Positions 21,791 through 33,098 are shown, numbered from the stretch's first letter. The stretch is DNA of 35,474 nucleotides from Octopus bimaculoides (GCF_001194135.2 NC_068981.1:182067845-182103318), one strand, 5' to 3'. Program-made: numbers and translations. The notes: generated by a model not told the origin, from the sequence alone.

Positions 21791-22109
21791 TTATACGAAA
21801 ATTACAATAATTTAGGGTAGTTGTAACTGCCTCTCCTAAAACATGTCTGAAAACTCTTGGAATGTAGTTACATGTAGTTACAGAAAAGGTTATAATCTAG
21901 ACTGTGCCCTTGTGAAGCACACCTGCACATTCCAGTAATCAAATATATGTATGTAGGTGTTTTATTTTTAAATGAGAAAGTCATACAATACACTAGTTGA
22001 AAGTCCTGGTGAATCATAATATTTGCAGAGTAAGAACATATTAAAACAAAGACTGGAAGATTTGCTATATCTTTAATTCAATGTAACTTGTCTTTCATTA
22101 TGAATACAC

Positions 22110-22389
22110 CATCATCATCATCATCATCGTCGTCATTTAACATCCGCTTTCCATGCTGGCATGGGTTGGATGGTTTGACTGAGGACTGGTGAACCAGATG
22201 GCTACACCAGGCTCCAATCTGAACTGGCAAGGTTTCTACAACTGGATGCCCTTCCTAATGCCAAACACTCCGAGAGTGTAGTAGGTGCTTTTACATACCA
22301 CCGGCACGAGGGCCAGTCAGGTGGTACTGGCATCAACCATGCTCAAATGGTGCTTTTTACATGCCACCTGCACAGGAGCCAGTCCAGTG
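22110..22389 (-). mobile_element. RTE-type 3' UTR / tail element (family E) with (GAT)n tail
   Basis: Minus strand gtgccggtgg..aaaagcacc repeats, ggcattaggaagggcatccag, ending catggaaagcggatgttaaatgacgacgatgatg; the same end occurs at 28580-28636. Confidence 0.75.
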
Positions 22390-22560
22390 GTGAGCTGGTA
22401 GAATCATTAGTATACTGGGCGAGATGCTTAGCAGTATTTCATCTGCCATTACATTCTGAGTTCAAATTCCGCCAAGTTTGACTTTGCCTTTCATCTTTTC
22501 GGCATCAATTAAATTGGTACCTTCCCCCAAATTTCAGGCCTTGTGCCTATAGTAGGAAGG
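22386..22560 (+). mobile_element. SINE family A (internally deleted), followed by (ATT)n to 22632
   Basis: gtggtgagctggtagaatc..gagttcaaattccgcc..gactttgcctttcatc. Confidence 0.85.
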
Positions 22561-22573
22561 ATTATTATTATTA

Positions 22574-22622
<49 letters not shown>

Positions 22623-22754
22623 CATTATTATAAACCTAATAAATTCATAATTGTTATATACATGTAGAGAATATGTAGTGTCTCCTAAACTGATTCCTCC
22701 AACAAGAATTCAAAAATAATTTATTTTTGAATCTTTTATCTGAGTATTAATAAA

Positions 22755-23606
22755 TGTGGTCTGATCAATAAGTACCCGGACTGTTGCTAAAGTAACAAAA
22801 CTAAAGCCCGCAGAGTGAATCTGCTTGGCATAGATTGACCTTGAACTCTGCTGTGCATGTACACTAAGTTTTAATATTCTAGCCCACTTTTGTTGTTTAC
22901 AGCAGTACATGGAAGGAAGGTGTGTAGCATGTGATCATTGCATTGACCATGACAGAGAATTTTCATCAAATTTTGTCAAAAGTTTGGTAATACCTGCTCA
23001 GAGGCCCACGCACATTTTCAAGAATTTTTCATCGTTCTCGACACAATCAAGGAGATCTTGTGCAACTGAAACCCAAGTGACTTTTTGGTCAGCTGAAAGC
23101 AATTTTGGCACAAACTTGGTAGACATGCATCTCATACCCAAATCTTCTGTGATAATGGACTGAACTTAACTGTAACTAATCTACACATCCTCTGATAACT
23201 CATTGATGGTGATTTGATGATCTCCCTTCAGAGCTGCACGCACATCTGCAATGTTTTTCTCAGTTCTGCTGGTTGCAGGTCTCCCAGAAGTTCGTCAACA
23301 TAGACATTTTTGCAGCCATCCTGGAAACATGTGAACCACTTGTACACTTGTGTGCAGCTCATACACTTTCTGCAACTTTGCGTAGGCTTCTGAGCAGCTG
23401 TCGCCATGACAACTTTCTCTGTCATGTTCAATGTGATGATCACATGCTACACAACTTCCTTCCAACAGCAGAAGTGAGATAGAACATTAAAACTTAGTGC
23501 ACATGCACAGCAGAGTTCAAGGTCAATTTGTACCAAGCGGCTTCACTCTGCATGCTTTAGCTTCGTTACTATGGCAACAGTCCGGATACTTATTGATCAG
23601 ACCTCA
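22755..23606. mobile_element. Mariner derivative made of two inward-facing 5' ends
   Basis: Both ends read tg(t/a)ggtctgatcaataagta(c/t)ccggactgttgc inward and stay similar for about 250 bp. The right arm (minus strand) encodes CTQVYKWFTCFQDG..DHQITINELSEDV..EDLGMRCMSTKFVPKLLSADQK; the left arm encodes KFCQKFGNTCSEA. Confidence 0.85.
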
Positions 23607-23741
23607 TATATATGTGTGTATGTGTATATATACGTGTGTGTTTGTGCATATGTGTGCATGTGTGTTTGTGTGTGTATGTGTGTGTGTGGTGTGTGTGTGC
23701 ATGCATATGAGTACAAATGTACACATATGTATGTATACATG

Positions 23742-23774
<33 letters not shown>

Positions 23775-23810
23775 TTTATGTATGTATGTTTGTATGTATG
23801 TATGTATGTA
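23607..23810. repeat. (GT)n/(TATG)n compound microsatellite
   Basis: Seen directly. Confidence 0.92.
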
Positions 23811-24552
23811 TAAGAAAAATCTAATGAGCGAATAACCAATAACCAGTACTAAGCTTGCTTCCCTTCCCCTCCAAAAATACCAAGCTGAAAAATATTCGTA
23901 TGAGCATCTTTGGGGTCTCTTAGGAGATATATAAGAGGAATCTGAGACAATGTTTGTTCTTTAAGACCATTCCCTAATTTGGGAAGAGGCTTTCTTTCTG
24001 GAGCCATATCTACATCCCTTTCCCTAACATTAAAATCATGCAGAAAACTGAGTTGATGCATAATAACCAGAATTTCTTCTGTTCTTCCACCATCTTTCTT
24101 CTTGTTATTTTTTTTCTATGTAGTATGGTCGTGTTGTTGAGTGCATGGATGTAATTTTGGGTGTGTTGTTACATGCTAGACTCCAAGTGTGTGTGTGTGT
24201 GTGTGTGTGTCCTTAGTTTCCATGTCAAATTCCTATTACACTTAACAGTACTACTTCAGTATTATCAAGTTATAAAGTTATGAGAAACATTTGCTTGATG
24301 TTCTATTTTCGTTGTTGTTGTTGCTGGTTTGTATCCTGACATCAACTATGATGAAGCAGACCTATGATCAAAGGCATTCCAGCCATGACCATCACATCTT
24401 TTTAAGAATATGTAGGCCCTACATTATCTAATGCAGTGGTTCTCAGTTAAGTTTTACCTATGGACCCCTTTGATTTCTATTGGACTTGGGTAAACCCTCA
24501 CAGCCATTCGATGCTTAAAAAATTCTATTACATTCCAATAACTAACTATTAA

Positions 24553-24957
24553 TCTTTTACTTGTTTCAGTCATTTGTCTGTGGCCATGCTAGAGCACCGC
24601 CTTTTAGTTGAGCTAATCGACCCCAGGACTTATTCTTTGTAATCCTGGTACTTATTCTATCAGTCTCTTTAGCCAAACCGCTAAGTTATGGGGACGTAAA
24701 GATACCAGCATCGGTTGTCAAGCAATGTTGGGGGGACAAACACAGACATACAAACATATACACACCCATACATACATATATATACATATATATACGATGG
24801 GCTTCTTTCAGTTTCCGTCTACCAAATCCACTCACAAGGCTTTGGTCGGCCCGAGGCTATAATAGAAGACACTTGCTCAAGGGGCCACACAATGGGACTG
24901 AACCCGGAACTATGTGGTTGGTAAGCAAGCTACTTACCACACAGCCACTCCTACGCC
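24553..24957 (-). mobile_element. tRNA-derived SINE family D with internal (CA/TA) microsatellite, full length
   Basis: Minus strand ggcgtaggagtggctgtgtggtaag (A-box-like)..gggttcagtcc (B-box-like)..cttgagcaagtgtctt (CORE-like)..gtgctctagcatggccac..aatgactgaaacaagtaaaag. Confidence 0.9.
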
Positions 24958-25194
24958 TATTATTAGGAATTGTATAAAAAGTATCGTTAAAATATTTTGA
25001 GTATTGTAGAAGTGTAACCAATTTATTGCAGATAAATTTTAATAACAAAATCTTATGTGGACCCTATTTGAGAACCAATGATCTAATGTATCCTTTCTTT
25101 GTTTAGAATAGTATCATATGGCTTGATGGAAATTTGGCTGCTATTCCTAGCAGATCAAACAACTACATAGACGTTCAGTCATTTCACACAAGTA

Positions 25195-25660
25195 ATCGCT
25201 GGATGTGCAATGTCAGTGTGAATGTATGACAGAGTGTAAGCGTCTTGAGAGAAAAGTTGAACATAAGAGGCATTAGATGCAGTGTGCAAGAGAGACGACT
25301 GTGCTGGTATGGCCATGTGATGTGTATAGATGAGGACAGCTGTGTAAAGAAGTACCAATCTCTAACCATGGAGGGAACCTGTGGAAGAGGTAGTCCCAAG
25401 AAGACTTGGAACGAGGTGGTGGAGAATGATCTTCAAATGTTGGACCTCACAGACACAATGATTAATGACTGGGATCTTTGTCGATATTCTGGGCTTGAGA
25501 AGACCTGTCAAGCTTTGTAGCCAATGCCAGTGTCACGTAATTGACACCCATGCTGGTGGCGTGTAAAAAGCACTTTTTGTGCGTTGGGCACCACGGACGC
25601 GATGTGGCCATGTCACATAACAGGCACCTGTGCCGGTGACACATAAAAGGCACTTTCATG
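25195..25660 (+). pseudogene. RTE-clade LINE 3' fragment (ORF2 C-terminus plus start of 3' UTR)
   Basis: ORF 25245-25520 RCSVQERRLCWYGHVMCIDEDSCVKK..MEGTCGRGSPKKTWNEVVENDL matches the RTE RLRWxGHV..GxRxRGRPxxxW motif; followed by gtgccggtgac..taaaaggcac repeats. Confidence 0.88.
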
Positions 25661-25664
25661 CATT

Positions 25665-25828
25665 GGGCTTTGTGACACTCTGTATCACGGTGAATCTCCT
25701 TCAGAACTACATTAAGGGTACATGTGTCTGTGGAGCACTCAGCCACTTCCACGTTAATTTCATGAGCGAGCTGTTCAATTGATCAGTTCGACTGGAACAC
25801 TGATCGTTGTAACTGACAGAGTGCCATT
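25665..25828 (+). mobile_element. 3' tail-1 fragment of SINE family B type
   Basis: gaactacattaagggtac..ctcagccactt..cacgttaatttca..actggaac..agagtgcca aligns with 8556-8708. Confidence 0.8.
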
Positions 25829-25855
25829 AAATATATGTGTATATATATATGTGTA

Positions 25856-25902
<47 letters not shown>

Positions 25903-26650
25903 NNNNNNNNNNNNNNNNNNNNNNNNNNNNNNNNNNNNNNNNNNNNNNNNNNNNNNNNNNNNNNNNNNNNNNNNNNNNNNNNNNNNNNNNNNNNNNNNNN
26001 NNNNNNNNNNNNNNNNNNNNNNNNNNNNNNNNNNNNNNNNNNNNNNNNNNNNNNNNNNNNNNNNNNNNNNNNNNNNNNNNNNNNNNNNNNNNNNNNNNNN
26101 NNNNNNNNNNNNNNNNNNNNNNNNNNNNNNNNNNNNNNNNNNNNNNNNNNNNNNNNNNNNNNNNNNNNNNNNNNNNNNNNNNNNNNNNNNNNNNNNNNNN
26201 NNNNNNNNNNNNNNNNNNNNNNNNNNNNNNNNNNNNNNNNNNNNNNNNNNNNNNNNNNNNNNNNNNNNNNNNNNNNNNNNNNNNNNNNNNNNNNNNNNNN
26301 NNNNNNNNNNNNNNNNNNNNNNNNNNNNNNNNNNNNNNNNNNNNNNNNNNNNNNNNNNNNNNNNNNNNNNNNNNNNNNNNNNNNNNNNNNNNNNNNNNNN
26401 NNNNNNNNNNNNNNNNNNNNNNNNNNNNNNNNNNNNNNNNNNNNNNNNNNNNNNNNNNNNNNNNNNNNNNNNNNNNNNNNNNNNNNNNNNNNNNNNNNNN
26501 NNNNNNNNNNNNNNNNNNNNNNNNNNNNNNNNNNNNNNNNNNNNNNNNNNNNNNNNNNNNNNNNNNNNNNNNNNNNNNNNNNNNNNNNNNNNNNNNNNNN
26601 NNNNNNNNNNNNNNNNNNNNNNNNNNNNNNNNNNNNNNNNNNNNNNNNNN
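25903..26650. other. Assembly gap (N run) between (AT)n and (ATC)n tracts; 10-N gaps also at 17914-17923 and 29223-29232
   Basis: Runs of N. Confidence 1.
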
Positions 26651-26766
26651 GTCGTCGTCGTCGTCATCATCGTCGTCATCGTCATTAGTAGCAGCAGCAA
26701 CGGCAGCATCACTGTCATCATCCCCATCATCATGATCATCATCATCATTATTATCATCACCTTCAC

Positions 26767-26807
<41 letters not shown>

Positions 26808-26918
26808 CCATCATCATCATCATCCCCCCACCACCACCAATATTATCATCATCATTATCATCATTATAATCAGCATCTTCAATATCATCATTATCATCAT
26901 CAGTAGCAGCAGCAGTGC

Positions 26919-26949
<31 letters not shown>

Positions 26950-26973
26950 TTCATCATCATCATCATCATCACT
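26651..26973. repeat. (ATC)n trinucleotide array
   Basis: Seen directly. Confidence 0.95.
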
Positions 26974-27049
26974 ATGATAATTGTCATCCAGGTCATCATT
27001 ATTGAAAATATACTGAATTACATTCTAAAACTAGTTCACATATTCCTTC

Positions 27050-27054
27050 TCTCA

Positions 27055-27090
<36 letters not shown>

Positions 27091-27385
27091 TACAACACAC
27101 ACACACACACACAGCTGTTTTACATACATGCTCTCAGGCATTACATTAACCCTACACATGACACTCTTGTCTCCAGTTACCCAGTTACACAACTGTTCAA
27201 CTTGATCTCTCACTCACCTACTCACTCACTCACTCACTCACTCACTCACTCTTTCTCCTCCATCTTCCCCTCTCTTTCTTTCTCTTTCTAGCACTCCATT
27301 TTTTTTCTCTTTCTTTCTCAAATACTTTCCTACTTCCTCTCTCTCCCACCTCTCTCTCTCACTCCCCCTATCTCTCTCTCTCTCT
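27050..27385. repeat. (CT)n/(CA)n/(CACT)n low-complexity region
   Basis: Seen directly. Confidence 0.85.
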
Positions 27386-27399
27386 GTGCTTTTCCCTTT

Positions 27400-27640
27400 C
27401 CTATGTTGTTCCTTTCCTTACCACCATCTCCCTCGTTCCTTTCTACATCTCCACTTCCTCCCCATGATTGACCTTCATTCCTTCCCCAAGCATCTCCACA
27501 TGCTTCTCACTCACTTCCTTTCCGACCTTCCTGTCTGGACTTTATGCTTCTTCCTCATTTTCCTCCTCCCTGGACTTTTTCCCCTTCTCAGTGAAGAACT
27601 GTCCTTGAAACGTCATTTCTAAATCTATTTTTCCTTCTAA
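27400..27640 (+). mobile_element. Possible highly decayed Penelope-like 3' end
   Basis: HFLSDLPV..LIFLLPGL loosely resembles a PLE endonuclease C-terminus and is followed by GTGAAGA..GAAA-CG-TC (hammerhead relic with C3G and no helix II). Confidence 0.3.
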
Positions 27641-27984
27641 AACTTTCTCTAAGCATCAATCTAACATATTCACTATGTATGTCTAACTGAATTTTGTTGC
27701 TTATTCCTGTTTTTGCTTTTCATTCTTGGGGTTGCCCATATACATACATACATGTGTGTGTATATACATTTCTTTTAATTACATTTTTTAAAATATGTAT
27801 TTTTGATAATGTTCGTTTTTTCAAGAACCGAAACATGTTAAATATCTTTGAGAAAATTATAAATTAAAATTCATTTTATATAGTGGCGTTTTCAAACTTC
27901 TTTTTTATAAATATATATATATATATATACACATTTATATATTCGTTTTGCAAGATTCTTGATGTGAAATTGTATGTTGAAGCA

Positions 27985-28160
27985 GGTATTGTTGTATTTG
28001 GGGATGGTCATGTTGCCAGTTTAGCCAATAAAAACACACGTACTATATATTTGGTGTTAATTTGCTTTAGCTTTATTTTACATTAATTGTATTTCGGCCA
28101 GAGTTCTTTCGTCACACTTCTGTGACCTCATCAGTGGTCCTTTGCTTTCTTCCTTCCTAT
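27985..28160 (-). mobile_element. Penelope-like remnant, same family as 1905-2127
   Basis: attgttgtatttggggatggtcatgttgccagt..aaacacacgtactat..ctttagcttt matches the 1905 arm and is followed by the hammerhead. Confidence 0.7.
28096..28140 (-). ncRNA. Minimal type I hammerhead motif with intact core nucleotides
   Basis: Minus strand GGACCA-CTGATGA-G-GTCACA-GAAG-TGTGAC-GAAA-GAAC-TC-TGGCC; perfect 6-bp helix II, NUH = CUC, stem I of 5 bp with one bulge. Confidence 0.75.
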
Positions 28161-28409
28161 TTGTGTGTCTTTCCTTACTAACGATCAGCCATTTTGTATT
28201 TTGTCAAACACCATACATCATACAATCTGTTTCACATGGCTGTTCAGATACAGACATCATACAATCTGACTTTCACTCTGAGAGTGGCCCTTTGTCGCCA
28301 GCAGAGATAGGAGCTCTCTGAACTTTACCCAACCTAAATACGTATATATTATTGTTATTATTATTATAATAAAGTATTTTCAATGGATCAGTTTTGAGCT
28401 CTATTTAAA

Positions 28410-28471
28410 GTTGATAGATATATATATATGTATATATGTATATATATATGTGTAATATGCATGCATGTATG

Positions 28472-28502
<31 letters not shown>

Positions 28503-28506
28503 ATTA

Positions 28507-28578
<72 letters not shown>

Positions 28579-28760
28579 CAAACAGTCAAATCGTCCAACC
28601 CATGCTAGCATGGAAAGCAGACGTTAAACGATGATGATATATGCATATATGCATATATACATATATACAAATATAAATGTGTGTGTGTGTGTATGCATAA
28701 ATGTATGTATGCATGTATGTATGAATGTGTGTATGCATGTATGTATGTATGTATTTATAT
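28410..28760. repeat. (AT)n/(GT)n/(TATG)n microsatellites around an RTE-type 3' end (28580-28636, +)
   Basis: Seen directly; ccaacccatgctagcatggaaagcagacgttaaacgatgatg matches family E. Confidence 0.85.
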
Positions 28761-29109
28761 GTAGTGACCCTCAAAGAAAAGAGTTGGCTCTATATTATAT
28801 TGATGAGGTCCAATAATACTGAAACATATCCACAGTTGTTCTTTACTTGCACACAAAATTACATTGTTTCTTATTCATGAAAATTAATTTTGTGACATTA
28901 ATTTCTGATTACTAAATAATTACCTTAATTTTTTTTTCTTTTTTGGTGGTGTGGGGGCAGAGAATTACTTCAAGGGCTTTGTATGCTGGCCCTTACTTAT
29001 AGGGGTATCTCAGTAATTTGAGAATGAGTGAGTGAATGTGCATGTGTGTGACTGTGTGTAAGTAACTGAGCAAGTGAGTAAGCAAGCAAGCAAATATGTA
29101 AGTTAGTGA

Positions 29110-29600
29110 GAATGTAAGTGAGTGAGTGAGTGAGTGAATGGGAGACAGAGAAAGTGAGTGAGTGAGTGAGTGAGTGAGTGAGTGAGTGAATGGGAGACAG
29201 AGAAAGTGAGTGAGTGAGTGAGNNNNNNNNNNAAGTGAGTGAGTGAGTGAGTGAATGGGAGACAGAGAAAGTGAGTGAGTGAGTGAGTGAGTGAGTGAGT
29301 GAATGGGAGACAGAGAAAATGAGTGAGTGAGTGAGTGAGTGAGTGAGTAAGTGAATGAGTGAGTGAATGAGTGAATGAGTGAGTGAATGGGAGACAGAGA
29401 AAGTGAGTGAGTGAGTGAGTGAGTGAATGAGTGGGTGAATGGGAGACAGAGAAAGTGAGTGAGTGAGTGAGTGAGTGAGTGAGTGAATGAATGAGTGAAT
29501 GGGAGACAGAGAAAGTGAGTGAGTGAGTGAGTGAGTGAGTGAGTGAATGGGTGAGTGAGTGAATGAGTGAGTGAGTGAGTGCATGAGTGAAGGAGTGACT
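29110..29600. repeat. (GAGT)n array punctuated by 7 copies of GAATGGGAGACAGAGAAA
   Basis: Counted 7 copies between about 29136 and 29515; one 10-N gap inside. Confidence 0.92.
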
Positions 29601-29616
29601 GAGTAAACAAGGAAAT

Positions 29617-29667
<51 letters not shown>

Positions 29668-29985
29668 TGTTTGTTTGTGTGCGCGCATGTGTGTGGGTAA
29701 ACATCCAGTACATCACCCATTAACTTTCGTATAACTCATTAAGTAACGAACCAGGCTAGATTAGTTATTTGCTTACGACCAATACAAAGTGTTGTATAGC
29801 TTTAACAAGGTTTGTCATTTTGTAGGATACTCCAGCAGCTTGAATCAGTTTGTCTGTTTGCTATACAGGATGTAATGGTTCTTTGGTTCCCCTTTAGAAG
29901 TTTCCTATTACAATTACAGAGGAGTGACGTTCAGGTTTTATGATGCATTTTAAATATTCTAAAGAATCTCTCTTTTACAGAAGCC

Positions 29986-30024
<39 letters not shown>

Positions 30025-30812
30025 TCTCTTTAACACACTGGCCTTATTAACACACAAGCTTCATTTGCACAAACAAATCTAACTTATAGAATTGGCCGTC
30101 AATTTTTAATTTAATAATACATCTACCTACTCAACCCAATGTATTGAGTTCTGTATCAGAAATATTTGCATTGTGTATTTCTGTATACTTAGCAACTCTT
30201 ATACTACTGTATGTATGTATGTATGTATGTATGTTTTTAATTATTTAAATTCTTCCTTTGAAGAAGGAGCTGGTTTCTAACAAAGATACAAACCTCCATC
30301 ATTGGAATGTAAATAACAAAAACAATGTCACATTTTAAACCTAAAGTGCAGCCAACCCATGAACTAACAACACACACAAATCTTGTGTATGCATGTTCAA
30401 TTTTGTTTATATACCTGAAGTTGCTTCTAATTCCTCTTTGAATATTTTCCATGGCATGAAACATTGGGACATGCCAGTAGATGGTTTTTAACCCATTTAG
30501 CGTATAGTCATCATCAACAATATAACTTGCGGTAGGCCTTGTTCGGTATGCAACATTGAAAAATCACAACAATGATGAAATATCGATGTCTGTTGCTCTG
30601 AAAAGGGACCTGATGTGAGTAATGTTGCTTGATTATGACTTATTTTCAGCTGTTTTTGACACCAGCCACATTGAGAATATATTCTGTTATGCCTCAAACG
30701 CAACCAACCCACAAACTAACAACACACACACCTTGTGTATGTGCACTCGAATTTATTCATATATATATATATATACACACACACACATGCCCACTCACGC
30801 ATATGTATACAA

Positions 30813-31027
30813 GTATGTAGAGGGGACAAACAAGGACAGAGAAAGGGATTTAGTTGATTAAGTTGATTACATCGACCCCAGTGTGTAACTGGTACTTATT
30901 TAATTGACCTCAAAAGGATGAAAGGAAAGGTTGACCTCGGCAGAATTTGAACTCAGAATGTAACGGCAGACAAAATACTACTAAGCATTTTGCCTGACGT
31001 GCTAATGACTCTGCCAGCTCGCCGCTT
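30813..31027 (-). mobile_element. SINE family A
   Basis: Reverse complement of 3788-4020, ending ..ctgccagctcgccgctt. Confidence 0.9.
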
Positions 31028-31040
31028 AGACAATACACAT

Positions 31041-31144
31041 ATTCTTTTCTGTTCTTGGCACAAGGCCAGAAATTTTTGGAGAGGGGGCCAGTTGATAAGA
31101 TCATCCCCAGTACGCAACTGTTACCACCGCCAGCTCACCACCGC
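31041..31144 (-). mobile_element. Internally deleted SINE A variant with 13-bp TSD
   Basis: AGACAATACACAT at 31028-31040 and 31145-31157; head gccagctcaccaccgc joined directly to the variant tail. Confidence 0.75.
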
Positions 31145-31249
31145 AGACAATACACATGTTAAAGTAAAATTTTACTGATTTCAGTCACTGGGTACTCAAA
31201 TACTCCAGATCCAGTGACTTATCTCCCTTACGCTTCCTCTCCTTCATAT

Positions 31250-31504
31250 TCTATTTTCTAACCTTGCCTCTTTATTCTTTTCACTCTTTTTTCTTTCTTT
31301 TCCTTTTCTTTTATCCTTTCTCTTCCTTTACTCCTCTACCCCCGCCCCACATCGTTTTGTCTTTACACTCCTTTATCACCTTGTTTTTTGACATTACTTC
31401 ACACTTTGCACTTCTTCCTTTTATCTCTGTCCTTCTCACCCTCCCTTGACATTCTGTCTTTATCGCTTTTCTCTCTCTCAACTTCTCTTCTCCCCTTTCT
31501 TTCA

Positions 31505-31539
<35 letters not shown>

Positions 31540-31870
31540 ACCTATTCTCTCCACACCTCAATCTCTTTGTTAGTCAGTCATCTTCACTTTTTGGTCTCAT
31601 CCCTAAATTCTACTTCACTATCCTCATTTCTTTTGCTGTTTCTCTTCTCTCTTTCAATCTTCCCCCTCTTTCCTCCCCCCTTTCTCACTCCTCACACTAT
31701 TACCACTATTTTTTCCTCAATTAGCTACTACTTCCTTCCTTCTTCTTCCTTCTTTTTCCCCTTTCTCCTCGCCCCCTCCTCACCACTCCTCTTCAACTTT
31801 TACCTCATTAACAACTACATACACCACCACCACCACCACCACCACCACCATTAACAACAACAACAACAAC
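31250..31870. repeat. Pyrimidine-rich low complexity, (CT)n, (CAC)n, (AAC)n
   Basis: Seen directly. Confidence 0.85.
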
Positions 31871-32199
31871 AGTAACTACACTGATAACTACCACCACTTA
31901 CATCGTTTCTATAACAGTGGTGTCTAAAACACCCCCTCCCCTCAAAAGACACTGAAGCTTTCATTCCCACCACCCCCGACCACCCCGCACACCCTTTCCT
32001 GCTATTTTCTGCAGACACTTCCATAATGTTGAGATGTGCTGTTTCCTCCCTCCTTCCCCCCACCCCGTTCAGAATAGGTATGTGGGAGGACTTGAGGAAT
32101 TAAAGCTATCATATGCTGTCTGCAAAATAGAACACTACTGTGTAGTCTTCAGCTGATGAGAAGGCTAAAAGCATTATCTAAATCTTATTATTAGTGTTA

Positions 32200-32400
32200 G
32201 TTCGTAAAGCATTAAGTTAACAGAATTGTCAGCACCCCGGACAGAATGCTTAGCGGCATTTCGTCCGTCTTTAAGCTCTGAGTTCAAATTCTATCGAAGT
32301 CAACTTTGCCTTTCATCCTTTCTGAGATGCAATAAATACCAGTTGAACACTGGGGTTGATGTATTCAACTAGCCTGCTCAAGCTTGGTGCCTACAATGGG
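32200..32400 (+). mobile_element. SINE family A (diverged)
   Basis: aatgcttagcggcatttcgtcc..gagttcaaatt..gtcaactttgcctttcatcctttc. Confidence 0.8.
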
Positions 32401-32415
32401 ATTATTAATCTAGTG

Positions 32416-32922
32416 CAATGGTTCCCATACCTTTTCGAGCTGCCATCCCCTTGACACCCAGGCCACATTCCTAGTGTCCCCACCCCAGACAATACACATA
32501 TTCTTTTCTACTCTAGACACAAGGCCTGAAATTTTGGGGGAGGGGGCCAGTCGATTAGATCGACCCCAGTATGCAACTCGTACTTAATTTATCACCCCTG
32601 AAAGGATGAAAGGCATGGGGTTATTTGAACTCAGGACATAAAGACTGATGAAATGTCACTAAGTGTTTTGTCTGGCATGCTAACGTTTGTGGTAAGAAGC
32701 ATAAACCTCTTTCTGAAGCAAATTCTATGCAATTGTATTTCACAAATAAAACTTAACCTAATGAACCCATTATTTTGTTGTTTTTACATGAATCGCCACC
32801 CCATTATCGTCCCAATGTTTACATGAATCACTCCCTCATTATCACCCCAGTTTTCTTCAAGACCCCCTTGGAACTTTCCACCGCCCCCAGGGGTGCAATA
32901 CCACCCGCATTGGGAACCACTG
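32416..32922. mobile_element. hAT (Charlie-like) MITE with a nested SINE A variant (about 32487-32685, -)
   Basis: TIR CAATGGTTCCCA / CAGTGGTTCCCA; perfect 8-bp TSD ATCTAGTG (32408-32415, 32923-32930). Confidence 0.88.
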
Positions 32923-32930
32923 ATCTAGTG

Positions 32931-33098
32931 CTTAAGGTGGCAAGCTGACAGAACTGTTAGCACTGTGGAGAAAACGCTTAACGCTGTTTAGTCTGTCTTT
33001 ACATTCAGAGTTCAAATACCACCAAGATCAGCTTTGCTCTTCATCCTTTCTGGGTTGATGCAATCGACTAACTGTTGACCCTAGACCTTCAGGATTAT
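32931..33098 (+). mobile_element. SINE family A (diverged, internally deleted)
   Basis: aaggtggcaagctgacagaactgttagc..gagttcaaat..ctttgctcttcatcctttc. Confidence 0.75.

Noticed and set aside
23849-24061. 70-aa non-repetitive minus-strand ORF
   Set aside because: No recognisable domain or splice context; length is within chance expectation.
25779-26869. ORFs of 283-346 aa
   Set aside because: N gap plus (AT)n and (ATC)n.
29110-29530. CRISPR-like repeat-spacer pattern
   Set aside because: The spacers are only (GAGT)n, the repeat is an 18-nt non-palindrome, there are no cas genes, and the context is eukaryotic.
28993-29720. HSLT-repeat ORFs of 205-239 aa
   Set aside because: Translation of the (GAGT)n array, which lacks stops on the minus strand.
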